Shown here: positions 9,093 through 19,137 of the stretch, piece after piece
Numbering within the stretch: position 1 is the stretch's first letter
Layout: each line of letters starts with the position of its first letter
IMG/VR virus record: IMGVR_UViG_3300030333_002778
Span: 1-64,000 of that record
Reading direction: 5' to 3' (one strand)
DNA from: a virus
Length of the DNA stretch: 64,000 nt
Made by a program: the position numbers and the translations under genes
Notes under the pieces: generated by a model
Told to the model about the DNA's origin: nothing
Databases searched by the model: none
Seen by the model: only the letters and a program-made list of their open reading frames with translations

Positions 9093-11503
9093 TAATCTTT
9101 TTTATATGGTTTTATTTCTCCTTCCATTTGAAAAGGATTTTCTTCTACCTCTTCTTCTCCTTCTTTTTTTCTTTGTAAATTATATCTAAATAAAGATTGC
9201 TCTTTAAACTTTTGCATTTCTCTCGCATGACGTTCTTTAAGAGCTTCTGGACTTTCAAACATCCATAGAGGATTTCCACCAGGTTCAGTTCTATATGGTA
9301 TAAAGAAATTCATAAGAGGAGAATATTGATCATGATATTCTATATTAGGATTTCTACCACCGCTAGGTCCAAATAACCAATTATATCTATTTGTTACTCC
9401 TGATTGATATCTATCATATTCCGTAGAAATCGTACTTCCTCTATGCCCCCACCATATCATTCTATCTGAAATAATAGGTTTAAATGTTGGATTCCATGAA
9501 CTTGTAGTTTTTAAATATGGATTAATTCTATAATTTAATGCATTTCTAAGATTTGCTTGTTGTATATTAACATTAAATAAATTTGGATTTTGATAAGGTG
9601 TCCATAACTGACCCATACCTTTATTACCAAATAAGTTATTAAAATAATTTGATTGGTTAAGACCTGCTTGATTTCCATATATACCTTTACCTCCTAATAC
9701 ACCACCTCCTAATTCAGGAGCAGTTCTATACATTTTTAAATTAGGATCCCATCTCATTTGTTGATGAGTCATATATCCTCTATTATTTAATAAGAATGGT
9801 GAACCTCCTTGAATGTTAAAACCTTTTGTAGAATATTTACCAAACTGAGGACCAAATAATAAACCCTCTCCTGGAGATTGAGATAAAGTTTTATTTAATT
9901 TTTTATTCCAATTAGCAAGATTTCTTTCAGCACCACCTCTATAACCTTTAAAAAGAGTTAATCTAGTAGGGTCAATACCTTGACTATATTTAAAAGTATA
10001 AAAAGCTGCAGGATCAAACTGGCCTGCAGGAATTTGTCCTCCCTTTGTTTGATTAACCCAATTACCAGTCATATGTGCAAAGTTGGGATTAAGTTTATTA
10101 TTTTGTGCTATATTAGCTGCTCTAATATTAGCATTAAAAGTACCAGCCGCTGGGCCTACATTATAATAAGTTCCAAAAGGACCTTTAGGCATAAGAGCAG
10201 CAGACCAATCTTTCCAAAATATATTTCTAGGATCTAAATCTTTCAGCCTAACACTTCCTAGTTTTCTCTTTATATTTGCAAGATTACCAAAATCCATTAA
10301 TTTACCCATACCTGTTGTACTACCTTTTGGCCAATTATTATATAAGGTTATAGGATTATATGCTTTTACTATACTAGCAAATTGACCTACTTTATTTTTA
10401 AAAGGAGAAATTATATTATTTTTCCAGAATTTCTTTTTAAATAATTTAGGAAAATGTTTTATATCTTTAAGAGCTCCCCATCCTCTTCCTCCTACACCCC
10501 ATATAAATTCACCAGGCCCATTACTTGCTATCATCATAGATTTTGGAATGGGATTACCCTCAGGATCATACCCTCCCATAAACATAAAATCATGAGGTTC
10601 TCCATTTTTTGTCCAATCCCCGCTATATTGTACACCACCTTCTGGTGTAAAAGTTATTCCCATATTAGAACTCATAAAACTTGCAACATCATTATTAAAA
10701 GCTTTATATACATTATATTCTTCAGGACTAAAACCTATTGTATCAAGAAAGAAAGAATCGGGTGCACCTGTTAATCGAAGATTCATTCTTTCTTTTTCAG
10801 ATAAACTGCCTATATATGCATCCATTTTATTAATTACCGAATCCGCTAATTTATCATTTTCTTTCCAATATTTTTGTGTAGCAACTCTATTAAATAATTC
10901 AGTAAGATCTATACCAAGATTAGCAGCCATAGGCCATTTTTTATTTAATACCTCATGAGGTACTGCCCAAGAACCATCTGCATTTCTTATTAAAGCTGAA
11001 AGAGGATCATTATAAAACCTCTTCATTTCTCTATAATATTTATTTGATTCTGATCTACGTATTGATTTATCTTTTTTTACATTTGAATAAAAAGCCTCAT
11101 AATTTCTCATGAATTCTCTTTTCTGCTTAGGATCATTTAAATCAAAATCTGTATCTATAGATTCTAAAAACTCATTCCAACGTAACATTTCTTCGCCTGC
11201 CATACCTCCCTCAGTATAACTATCAAATCCATAAAAATCTGCATAATCAGAATGTAGACCTTTATCTCTTAGTACACTTGAATCTCCTGCTCTGTTTCTT
11301 TCTTTTCCTACTTCCCAAAAAGCATCATCAGGAATCTTCCAAAAATCAGACCAGCCTTGTGCAGGTAATCCTACAGTATTAAGCAGAAAATTTTCTGGAT
11401 CAATAAAAACTTCATCTTCTGGATGAGGAGGTGGTCCACCATGACTCATCTTAGATCTGCCTCTAGGTACTAGATATTTATTATTTTTTCTTATTAGATT
11501 CAT
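9092..11503 (-). CDS. 803-aa unknown protein, probably virion cargo
   Basis: Long ORF coupled to portal; acidic N-half and basic G/N-rich C-half; N-terminal KMSHGG motif. Confidence 0.6.
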   Translation of the reverse strand: MNLIRKNNKYLVPRGRSKMSHGGPPPHPEDEVFIDPENFLLNTVGLPAQGWSDFWKIPDDAFWEVGKERNRAGDSSVLRDKGLHSDYADFYGFDSYTEGGMAGEEMLRWNEFLESIDTDFDLNDPKQKREFMRNYEAFYSNVKKDKSIRRSESNKYYREMKRFYNDPLSALIRNADGSWAVPHEVLNKKWPMAANLGIDLTELFNRVATQKYWKENDKLADSVINKMDAYIGSLSEKERMNLRLTGAPDSFFLDTIGFSPEEYNVYKAFNNDVASFMSSNMGITFTPEGGVQYSGDWTKNGEPHDFMFMGGYDPEGNPIPKSMMIASNGPGEFIWGVGGRGWGALKDIKHFPKLFKKKFWKNNIISPFKNKVGQFASIVKAYNPITLYNNWPKGSTTGMGKLMDFGNLANIKRKLGSVRLKDLDPRNIFWKDWSAALMPKGPFGTYYNVGPAAGTFNANIRAANIAQNNKLNPNFAHMTGNWVNQTKGGQIPAGQFDPAAFYTFKYSQGIDPTRLTLFKGYRGGAERNLANWNKKLNKTLSQSPGEGLLFGPQFGKYSTKGFNIQGGSPFLLNNRGYMTHQQMRWDPNLKMYRTAPELGGGVLGGKGIYGNQAGLNQSNYFNNLFGNKGMGQLWTPYQNPNLFNVNIQQANLRNALNYRINPYLKTTSSWNPTFKPIISDRMIWWGHRGSTISTEYDRYQSGVTNRYNWLFGPSGGRNPNIEYHDQYSPLMNFFIPYRTEPGGNPLWMFESPEALKERHAREMQKFKEQSLFRYNLQRKKEGEEEVEENPFQMEGEIKPYKKD

Positions 11504-13973
11504 TAGCCTTTTTGGTTTTTGCTGCTGTTTTCTTTATACTTTCATTAGCTCTATTTGCTCTTTTCTTTTCTGCTAACTCTTCTCTTTTTAATTGAAGATC
11601 TGCTTGATTCTTTTCTCTAGCTGCTCTATCTCTATTAGCAGCATCTAATCTGGCAACTTCACTTCTATCAGTATTATCTACATAACCATCATTATTATGA
11701 TCTGCATCTGCCATCCTTGCTTCTGCTGCAATTTCTGCAACTCTGATCTTAGTATCAGAATCTAATTGCTTTCTTGCATCTTCTCTATCTTCTTTTTCTC
11801 TTTCTAATTGAGCTTGAGCTTCAGCTTGTTGTTGCTGCATTTGTTGAGCTTGCTGTTGTAATTGTTCTTCTCTTTGTTTTTGCTCTTCTTGAGATGTTTT
11901 TAATTTTGTTCTCATCTTCGCCATAGATTCAGTAGTTAATACATCTGCTACATCAGAGAATCCTATAGATCCAGATTGTAATGCTGCTTGAGCTAATTGT
12001 TTCATAGACTCTACATTTCTATCATCTTTAGAAGAATTACTTACAAATACACCATAGTTAGTTTCAGAAAATGTATCTGCTTCTATATTCATAAAACTTC
12101 TTGTCATATCATCCATAATGTACTGAAGTTTTTTTCCAGATCTCCAAGCCATCTTAGCTACATCTACTAATGCTTGTAATACTCTTTTTTTAACTTCTCC
12201 ATGATTATAAAACCAATATTCTGTAATATGAGATGATTGTACTACTGCACGTTCTGTATTTCCTACTAATTCTGAAGTCTGTACTTGTCCTTGACGTTGT
12301 CTAGAAACTCCCGAGAGTTCACCAACTTCGACCTTTATCTGCTCTAATAATTGGACATGGGTATTTATATAGTTACCCATAGAAAGGTCTATAGACTGAA
12401 ATTGGTTAAATGGAGCTGCTTGTTGGGATCTATTACCCTCCTCTCGGGAGTTAATAAACATAACTCCTAATGCTTCTAAATAGTACATCCACTTTGAAAC
12501 GTCCCACCCTTCAGAAGAAGGTATCTGTGCAACATCCATTAAAGCGACTTTACCTTTAGATTTAGCTAGAGCTAATTCAGTTCTATAATAAACAATATTA
12601 TATAAATATTGATAAGGCTTCATTCTATCAATTAAAGAAATAGATTCTGAATTTCTTTCATTGTAAATATATCCTACATAACCAGATTTGACTATACTAG
12701 GATTATCCATATCTCTTCTTTGATTTTCTTTAGGCCTTATATTAACGTAAATATCTTCAGCTATTTTTGTACCTTCCCAATACTCACTTATCCAATGCCA
12801 TTTTAAAGTTACACCATCAAATTCCCATTCTCCTGTATCTTTATTTTTAACTGCATTATCAGGTATTTCAAATATTTCATCTACAATATCTTCATTTATT
12901 TGACCCTGTTCATCTACCATTTTTATGAATCCTACTTTTCTCATAGATTTCCATTCGCATTGAATAACTCTAATCATACCATCTTTACGATAAGATCTTA
13001 TAGCATCAGGATCAAATGTACCTCTTGCATCATAATTTATTATATTAAATTCTGAATAAGGATAATTTAATCCATTATTATCCATATGACTATCTCTTCC
13101 TGAGTATCCTTTTTCTAAAGCATCTATTTCTCTAGGAGTTAAATCATCATGAAATTCATCTATAACAGTAGATAAAGTTAACCATCTTTCTTCTATTATA
13201 GATTGAGCATCTTCAATATGTGGAGAATCAGGATCTAAAATAACTCTAATATCTAATGGGTTACAAAGTCTAACTACAGGTTCTCCTGAAACTTCTCCTA
13301 CCCAATATATTTCTTCTCCCGCTACTAAAGCATCTTTAAAACCAGCATTAAACTTACTTTCAATACTTTGTTGTTTAACTAAATATTCTAAAATACTTTG
13401 ACCTTGCATTTCGCGTATATCCTGGTAATCATATTTCATATATTTCTCAACTTGATCTGGAGTAGGTATTTCCATCATCTTAGCTCTTTCAGGATCTACT
13501 TGTTCCATCTTAGCTCTTTCTTCTGCCATTTGTTGTTGTTGTTCTTTAGGAATAATCATATCATAAAGAAACTGCAACATCATTTCTTTCTTCTTTCTTT
13601 CCATTTCAGATATAGCATCAGGATCATGAGTTATAACTTTAAAGTTAAAAGGTCTCTTGATTTCTTCTCCCATTAATAATTGGATCTTAGGAGATATAAT
13701 ATCATAGTGTTGAAGGTTGGCTGGGAATTCATCCTTATTATATCCATAAGGATTTATAACGTACTCAAAATCTTTTTGATCTAATGTACCATTATACAAA
13801 TCATAATTGATTTGTTTTCTATGTCTAGATGATCTACCATTATAAGATATATCACTATACGTAACTTTTTCTAATTCATCTATACAAGATTTACCCCAAT
13901 TCTTAGTCTTTTTAGATCTGCTAAGTTTCTGTTTTGGCAAGTCTTCTAGTATATAATTTGACTGTTTATCCAT
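11481..13973 (-). CDS. Portal protein (crAss-like)
   Basis: 830 aa after TerL; QHYDIISPKIQLLMGEEIKRP, SLIDRMKPYQYLYNI, GVSRQRQGQ. Confidence 0.93.
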   Translation of the reverse strand: MDKQSNYILEDLPKQKLSRSKKTKNWGKSCIDELEKVTYSDISYNGRSSRHRKQINYDLYNGTLDQKDFEYVINPYGYNKDEFPANLQHYDIISPKIQLLMGEEIKRPFNFKVITHDPDAISEMERKKKEMMLQFLYDMIIPKEQQQQMAEERAKMEQVDPERAKMMEIPTPDQVEKYMKYDYQDIREMQGQSILEYLVKQQSIESKFNAGFKDALVAGEEIYWVGEVSGEPVVRLCNPLDIRVILDPDSPHIEDAQSIIEERWLTLSTVIDEFHDDLTPREIDALEKGYSGRDSHMDNNGLNYPYSEFNIINYDARGTFDPDAIRSYRKDGMIRVIQCEWKSMRKVGFIKMVDEQGQINEDIVDEIFEIPDNAVKNKDTGEWEFDGVTLKWHWISEYWEGTKIAEDIYVNIRPKENQRRDMDNPSIVKSGYVGYIYNERNSESISLIDRMKPYQYLYNIVYYRTELALAKSKGKVALMDVAQIPSSEGWDVSKWMYYLEALGVMFINSREEGNRSQQAAPFNQFQSIDLSMGNYINTHVQLLEQIKVEVGELSGVSRQRQGQVQTSELVGNTERAVVQSSHITEYWFYNHGEVKKRVLQALVDVAKMAWRSGKKLQYIMDDMTRSFMNIEADTFSETNYGVFVSNSSKDDRNVESMKQLAQAALQSGSIGFSDVADVLTTESMAKMRTKLKTSQEEQKQREEQLQQQAQQMQQQQAEAQAQLEREKEDREDARKQLDSDTKIRVAEIAAEARMADADHNNDGYVDNTDRSEVARLDAANRDRAAREKNQADLQLKREELAEKKRANRANESIKKTAAKTKKANESNKKK

Positions 13974-13994
13974 TATCCAATTATCGTTAATTTA

Positions 13995-14025
13995 CAAAAA
14001 TATGTAAAATATACAAAATCGCAAA
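13995..14025 (-). promoter_or_regulatory. Bacteroidota sigma70-type promoter for portal
   Basis: Minus strand TTTG-N19-TATTTTTG. Confidence 0.78.
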
Positions 14026-14029
14026 TATT

Positions 14030-16042
14030 TTAAAAGGTTTTTTTAGTCTTCTTAAATAAAGAAGATCTCCAAAATTTATCACCTTCACTAAATTTAAATT
14101 GCGCCTCTAAATCAATATGATAGTTTTCATGACTATGTAATATACATAACATAAATGCTATTACACGGTCAAAGTTACCATCTTTCTCATAAGCTATCAA
14201 CTCCTGAATTAAAGGAATTGAATATATACTATGGAGATTTAATTGATCTCCTTCTTCAGTATCTGCTCGTTTTTCTAACAACCAATCTCTTAAATAAATT
14301 TCACATTGTACTTTAATAGGTTGGCTCATATGAACACCATATCCTCTACTTACCGTAGATCTATTTACAATATCTTTTAATATATTTGGTTGTGGTTTTA
14401 ACAAATGAAGACATTTTTTTTGCTCAAAATATATCTTCAATCCTTTTAAGTTATTCTCATACAAACTCTGTGCATTATAATAAGTTAAAAGCTTTCTAAC
14501 ATTTTCATAATATTCTTTAGCTGTTTCAGGTCTACCTGTATATTCTGCTACAGGAATATTATAAGTTTTATCAAACTTCTGAAATGTTTTATATATGAAA
14601 GTACTTCCTAAAGAACTAGTAGTAGAATCGTCCTGATCATAAGGGTCAGTTCCAGCTATGTATAATCCATAAGGAGTATTACCATCATTATCTCTAAAAG
14701 GATGTTCCCATATTACAACACATCCTGTTTTATCATCTGTAGGTTTAATTGGGAATTTAGTTATAGGTTTTAATTCTATATTAGGCATCCATTTAACTAT
14801 ATCCTTTTCCCAATACAGCTCTCCTAACATAGCCATGTCTTGAGCTTTCTTAGTTACTTCTAATTCTCCTAACCAAGCATTCAACTCAATAGTTGGGAAT
14901 ATATTTCCACTACTTTTTAGAAATGCTTCTCTAGGAGTTTTAGGAGATTGTGTAATATACTTTTCCCATGTAGTTCTTGAATCTGTAGTTTTAATGATCT
15001 TTCTTTCTTGATCTAAAAATTCTTCTGCTGCAGCTCTATTTGAGTTACCTTCTTCATCTACCATAGAAACTACATCACCATTTTCTAAAGTAACTTTTCC
15101 TGGTTTATACCACATATCATCTATAAAGAACCCACAATTAGTTCCAGCTCCTCCTTCATCCCATACATTTTCAAATGGTCTTAACCAATATTTATCAGGG
15201 TTATAAAACATTTCTGCAAAATCATTTGATCCTCCTTCCATATCACCACCCGTTCCGAATATTAATGGCATACCAATCATTACATTACCATCTCTAAATA
15301 CAGGTGCTGTAATCATATATGCATTTATAAGATTAGGAAATTTACCAGCTTCTTCCCATAACATAAGATCGGCAGTTTTACCAATAGCTGCTGAAAAGTT
15401 ATCTTTAAATGTTAATGTAAAAATTTCACTATTATATCCATTCCATACTTCTTTACCTTCTACTATTTCTTTGAATCTAGCTTTAACAAAATCTCTACGA
15501 TCTGGATTTCTACGTTTCGCCCATGCTGTATGTTTGTTTAAAAAGTTAATCATTTCTAAACTCATGGCCATTGTAGCACCACCATATTCATTTAAATATG
15601 CACCAATAATACTTGTAGAATCCTTAAAGAAATTATATTGATGAACACATAGAGCACCATTCTTATATGAGAAACCTTTACGTCTCGCTTTAGCTACTAT
15701 CATACCTTGACCATTTTCTCTTGCTTTTTCACATTCGTCAAAATAATAATAATCCATATCTAAAAAACTTGGAAAGGTTAAAATCTTCCTTTCCAACTTT
15801 CCTTTTTTTACAGTAGCTTTTATTTGTGTAAAATTAAGATAGAAATAATGAGGTCCTGTTATTCGGACCCCACCTACTTCGAATCCTTCCAAACACCTTC
15901 TAGTTTGCTCATCCCAATATTCTCTATATGCATAGGTTCCTGGGGGAGAATTTGTGTAATAGCCATTTTTTAAAAAACTTCTAGCTTCACACGAAAACTC
16001 CCTGGTATTAACAAACGAAGGAATTTGACCGAAATGATTCAT
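14030..16042 (-). CDS. terL: Terminase large subunit
   Basis: ITGPHYFYLNF, Walker A KARRKGFSYK, Walker B LWEEAG, GTGG, nuclease GTDPYD, NFDRV. Confidence 0.96.
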   Translation of the reverse strand: MNHFGQIPSFVNTREFSCEARSFLKNGYYTNSPPGTYAYREYWDEQTRRCLEGFEVGGVRITGPHYFYLNFTQIKATVKKGKLERKILTFPSFLDMDYYYFDECEKARENGQGMIVAKARRKGFSYKNGALCVHQYNFFKDSTSIIGAYLNEYGGATMAMSLEMINFLNKHTAWAKRRNPDRRDFVKARFKEIVEGKEVWNGYNSEIFTLTFKDNFSAAIGKTADLMLWEEAGKFPNLINAYMITAPVFRDGNVMIGMPLIFGTGGDMEGGSNDFAEMFYNPDKYWLRPFENVWDEGGAGTNCGFFIDDMWYKPGKVTLENGDVVSMVDEEGNSNRAAAEEFLDQERKIIKTTDSRTTWEKYITQSPKTPREAFLKSSGNIFPTIELNAWLGELEVTKKAQDMAMLGELYWEKDIVKWMPNIELKPITKFPIKPTDDKTGCVVIWEHPFRDNDGNTPYGLYIAGTDPYDQDDSTTSSLGSTFIYKTFQKFDKTYNIPVAEYTGRPETAKEYYENVRKLLTYYNAQSLYENNLKGLKIYFEQKKCLHLLKPQPNILKDIVNRSTVSRGYGVHMSQPIKVQCEIYLRDWLLEKRADTEEGDQLNLHSIYSIPLIQELIAYEKDGNFDRVIAFMLCILHSHENYHIDLEAQFKFSEGDKFWRSSLFKKTKKTF

Positions 16043-16257
16043 TTTTTCTTAGCAACTTTTTCAAATCCACTAATACCAAAACATCCGAGTACTACCCAGA
16101 CAAATGAATCATATACAAATTCATTTATAACTAGATCATGTCCTACTGATCCTGTTACTAAATCGATTACCATTACAATAATCATTATTAAAAAAGCCAC
16201 GAATCCTACGATAGCTTTTTCATTCCAATCATTGGAATCTTTAAAAATTTCCATCAT
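16039..16257 (-). CDS. Two-TM membrane protein, holin candidate
   Basis: 72 aa, two hydrophobic segments, basic C-terminus EKVAKKK. Confidence 0.6.
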   Translation of the reverse strand: MMEIFKDSNDWNEKAIVGFVAFLIMIIVMVIDLVTGSVGHDLVINEFVYDSFVWVVLGCFGISGFEKVAKKK

Positions 16258-16258
16258 A

Positions 16259-16636
16259 CTAATTAAATTTATTTAACATTAAAGTATCTATAGAATGCTG
16301 AACAGTTTTTTTGTCCGCATCTAATTTAAACATAACATTAGCATTAAACCTTTCTTTTTCTTCCCCACTTTCAAAAATTATAACAGTAGGTATAGCACTA
16401 ACATTATACATTGATTGAACATCCATATACATAGAAATATCTATTCTATAAACTTTACAATCTTTTAATTTTGATAATTCTTTAAATTCATTAGCAGAAT
16501 TCCACGATGCCCAAAACTCAACCGCTACTATATTCTTTGCTATTTTTGATTTAAAATTATCTGAATTTAACATTTCTTGACCTATACAATTATTCAATCC
16601 AAATAGTATCAAAAAACTAATTATAATTCTTTTCAT
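16259..16636 (-). CDS. Exported thioredoxin-fold protein lacking CxxC
   Basis: Signal peptide; VAVEFWASWNSAN in place of FWAxWCxxC; YNVSAIPTVIIF cis-Pro loop. Confidence 0.72.
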   Translation of the reverse strand: MKRIIISFLILFGLNNCIGQEMLNSDNFKSKIAKNIVAVEFWASWNSANEFKELSKLKDCKVYRIDISMYMDVQSMYNVSAIPTVIIFESGEEKERFNANVMFKLDADKKTVQHSIDTLMLNKFN

Positions 16637-16977
16637 TTTCTTAATAGTTTTATTTCATCCTTAAGTTCATCAAGGTCTTTTATTAATTGATCAATTTGAT
16701 TACGAGCCATTTGATCTTTCATATTAAACTCCATACGAGTTGGAGGCCATGTATTACTAGCAGCTGGATCTCCCATATCTATTGTATATGTACCTGTTCC
16801 TGGTTTTGGCATTTCTAAAGCTCTTTCTACTTTATCTTCTAATTCTACAAACTTAGAATTTATAGTACCCATTAAACCAAAGTAAGCAGATATAACACTA
16901 GCAACTCCTACTACTATACCTATTAAAGTTTTTATACTTATTTGAAATTTACTTTCTTCTGAGAGTTCTTTTGCCAT
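16633..16977 (-). CDS. Single-pass membrane protein with coiled coil
   Basis: TM segment LIGIVVGVASVISAYFGL and coiled-coil segments. Confidence 0.6.
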   Translation of the reverse strand: MAKELSEESKFQISIKTLIGIVVGVASVISAYFGLMGTINSKFVELEDKVERALEMPKPGTGTYTIDMGDPAASNTWPPTRMEFNMKDQMARNQIDQLIKDLDELKDEIKLLRK

Positions 16978-17747
16978 TATTTTGTTATTAAATATTTAAC
17001 TTTTCCACTTTGAATATATAATCCATCTGGCTCTCTAATAGCTTGTCCTAATAAATTATACATTATATTATTATCTTTAGAATTTTCTATTATATCAGGA
17101 ATATTAGATGAACAAGGAAGTCCTGTGTCACAATCTAAATATTCTGTTATTACAACATCTACATATTCTATTATAGTATCAGTTGTAAAAAACTCTACAT
17201 ATTCTATTTCTACTATAGTATCAAATACAATTACATCTACATATTCAATAACATCTACAAATAATGTATCTAATACATCTTCGTATATAGTTACTGTATC
17301 TGTTACAAATATATACTCAGGTACAAATGTTTCTACTTCTACTGTATCTATTAAGATCTGAGTTATATATTCAGTATTATATATTGTATCTATTTGAAAG
17401 ATTGTTTCATATATATAAAATGGAACCTCTAGAGTATCTGTTTCAAAAACATATTCTATTACATCTACATATACTGTGTCACAATCTGGTGGAGGTGGTA
17501 TACAATCCATAGGTGAAGTTGGTACTACATCAGCTCCCTCATCACTGGCATCGACACAATCTACCCACCCATCATTAATCCATTGAGTAACAACGCATCC
17601 ATCAGGTGCATATTGAGTCCAATTTGCTGGATCATCTCCACAATAAAAACCTTCTTGTTCAGCACAGTCTAAACATAATTGCTGAAAATCAAATTGAGAA
17701 TAAGCAAACGAGCTTATTAACAAAAGTATGTATATTATATTCTTCAT
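16977..17747 (-). CDS. Secreted protein: LDL-receptor class A-like domain, DT/V repeat stalk and T9SS-CTD-like tail
   Basis: Signal peptide; FYCG...GCVVTQWINDGWVDCVDASDE; repeated DT(I/L/V); C-terminal YNLLGQ...GLYIQSGKVKYLITK. Confidence 0.62.
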   Translation of the reverse strand: MKNIIYILLLISSFAYSQFDFQQLCLDCAEQEGFYCGDDPANWTQYAPDGCVVTQWINDGWVDCVDASDEGADVVPTSPMDCIPPPPDCDTVYVDVIEYVFETDTLEVPFYIYETIFQIDTIYNTEYITQILIDTVEVETFVPEYIFVTDTVTIYEDVLDTLFVDVIEYVDVIVFDTIVEIEYVEFFTTDTIIEYVDVVITEYLDCDTGLPCSSNIPDIIENSKDNNIMYNLLGQAIREPDGLYIQSGKVKYLITK

Positions 17748-17751
17748 TATT

Positions 17752-18774
17752 TTAAAATATTAAATAGTTAAACCCAAACCTTACATCGAAAATTTCTTTA
17801 CCCCAGTAACGCATATGTGTTCCTTCTACAAACATTCCTAAATGTCTATTAAGTCTAGCACCTAATACTATACCTGCATCCCATTCTAATAGATCTAAAC
17901 CATCTTCATATTCATAAGAATATTTATCTAATCCATAATGAAAAGGTAATACATTACCCCATGCATGTAACCAAAAATTCTCTGTCCATTTATAATAAGC
18001 TACTCCAAATACAGTGCTTATTTCTTTCTGCAAACCAAGTCTAGAAAGCTCTTGTTCATTAAATGATGCTACAGCATCTCCAAAATAATGCTTAAAAAAC
18101 TCATCATCACTTGTTGCAACTAATTCTTCTCCTTGAAACCAATGCCATTCTCCTTGTACATATTGTGTAGAATATCCAAAATCTTCAGCTAGATCTTGGA
18201 ATGTTGATTCACCTGGTACCCAAAAATCTTCTATAGGATTTATTCCGTATGCAGGATGCACTCTCATTACTGCACCTGCACTTATATCTATATTACCTTT
18301 ATTCCATCTATATCTTGTATCAAAAGAAGTATATTTTAAATCTACTCTTTGGTTATCTTTGTACTGGAATTTTGTGACGCATTTAGTTCCCAAGTATCTA
18401 ATCCAGTAATCCTGATCAGTAAACTTTTCACCACGATTACGTATAAAAGAATAATTAAACAAATACTCCCAACCATTAGCATTACCAATAGTAACGTCAT
18501 CTGAAACATTTCTTTCATCACCATAATACCATGTTTTAACTTTGTATTCATAATCAAATCTTGCTATTTTACGAAGGCCTACCGTTATATTAAAATCATA
18601 AGGATTGACCTCCGTTACATCCTCATAACCTTTATTTACCGCAATATAATCCTCTCTTTCTGTCATTGATGTTCCCATTGACATCGATGAATAAAAGGTT
18701 GAGTATTTAAAAAAATTATTCTGTCCTGTTGCAAAACTAAAACAAAATATTAATATGTATAAAATTCTTTTCAT
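17752..18774 (-). CDS. Putative outer-membrane beta-barrel protein
   Basis: Signal peptide; alternating aromatic/hydrophobic strands; C-terminal beta-signal-like DVRFGFNYLIF. Confidence 0.62.
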   Translation of the reverse strand: MKRILYILIFCFSFATGQNNFFKYSTFYSSMSMGTSMTEREDYIAVNKGYEDVTEVNPYDFNITVGLRKIARFDYEYKVKTWYYGDERNVSDDVTIGNANGWEYLFNYSFIRNRGEKFTDQDYWIRYLGTKCVTKFQYKDNQRVDLKYTSFDTRYRWNKGNIDISAGAVMRVHPAYGINPIEDFWVPGESTFQDLAEDFGYSTQYVQGEWHWFQGEELVATSDDEFFKHYFGDAVASFNEQELSRLGLQKEISTVFGVAYYKWTENFWLHAWGNVLPFHYGLDKYSYEYEDGLDLLEWDAGIVLGARLNRHLGMFVEGTHMRYWGKEIFDVRFGFNYLIF

Positions 18775-18908
18775 TATCTTCCTTGTCTATTATATTTTTT
18801 AAAATAATTTTTACTACTTTTTGAAGAGGACATTTTGCTTTTAGCATGTATCCCCTTTCTTTTTTTACTAGCGTTTCCGCTAAATACAAACGCTGCTCTT
18901 TTTGTCAT
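18774..18908 (-). CDS. 44-aa basic micro-protein (not in ORF track)
   Basis: MTKRAAFVFSGNASKKRKGIHAKSKMSSSKSSKNYFKKYNRQGR; TAATG coupling to the next gene. Confidence 0.65.
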   Translation of the reverse strand: MTKRAAFVFSGNASKKRKGIHAKSKMSSSKSSKNYFKKYNRQGR

Positions 18909-19137
18909 TTCTAAATTTCATTAATTCCGCACACCTTTCATATTCTTCTTCTTCCTCGTAATATTGTATTAAAACATCTACATCACATTCTTCATCTTCT
19001 AACATATTAAAAGGTAGCATTACTTCATCCTTATTATCTAATATTTCATCAAATGTACATTTACCAGTAATAATAAGATAAGCATTATCAAATGCTTCAC
19101 TTAATATTTCAGTATCATACTTTTCTTGCCTATGCAT
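18880..19137 (-). CDS. Small protein with UVR-like motif
   Basis: LIQYYEEEEEYERCAEL; paralogous to 41026-41373. Confidence 0.55.
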   Translation of the reverse strand: MHRQEKYDTEILSEAFDNAYLIITGKCTFDEILDNKDEVMLPFNMLEDEECDVDVLIQYYEEEEEYERCAELMKFRNDKKSSVCI

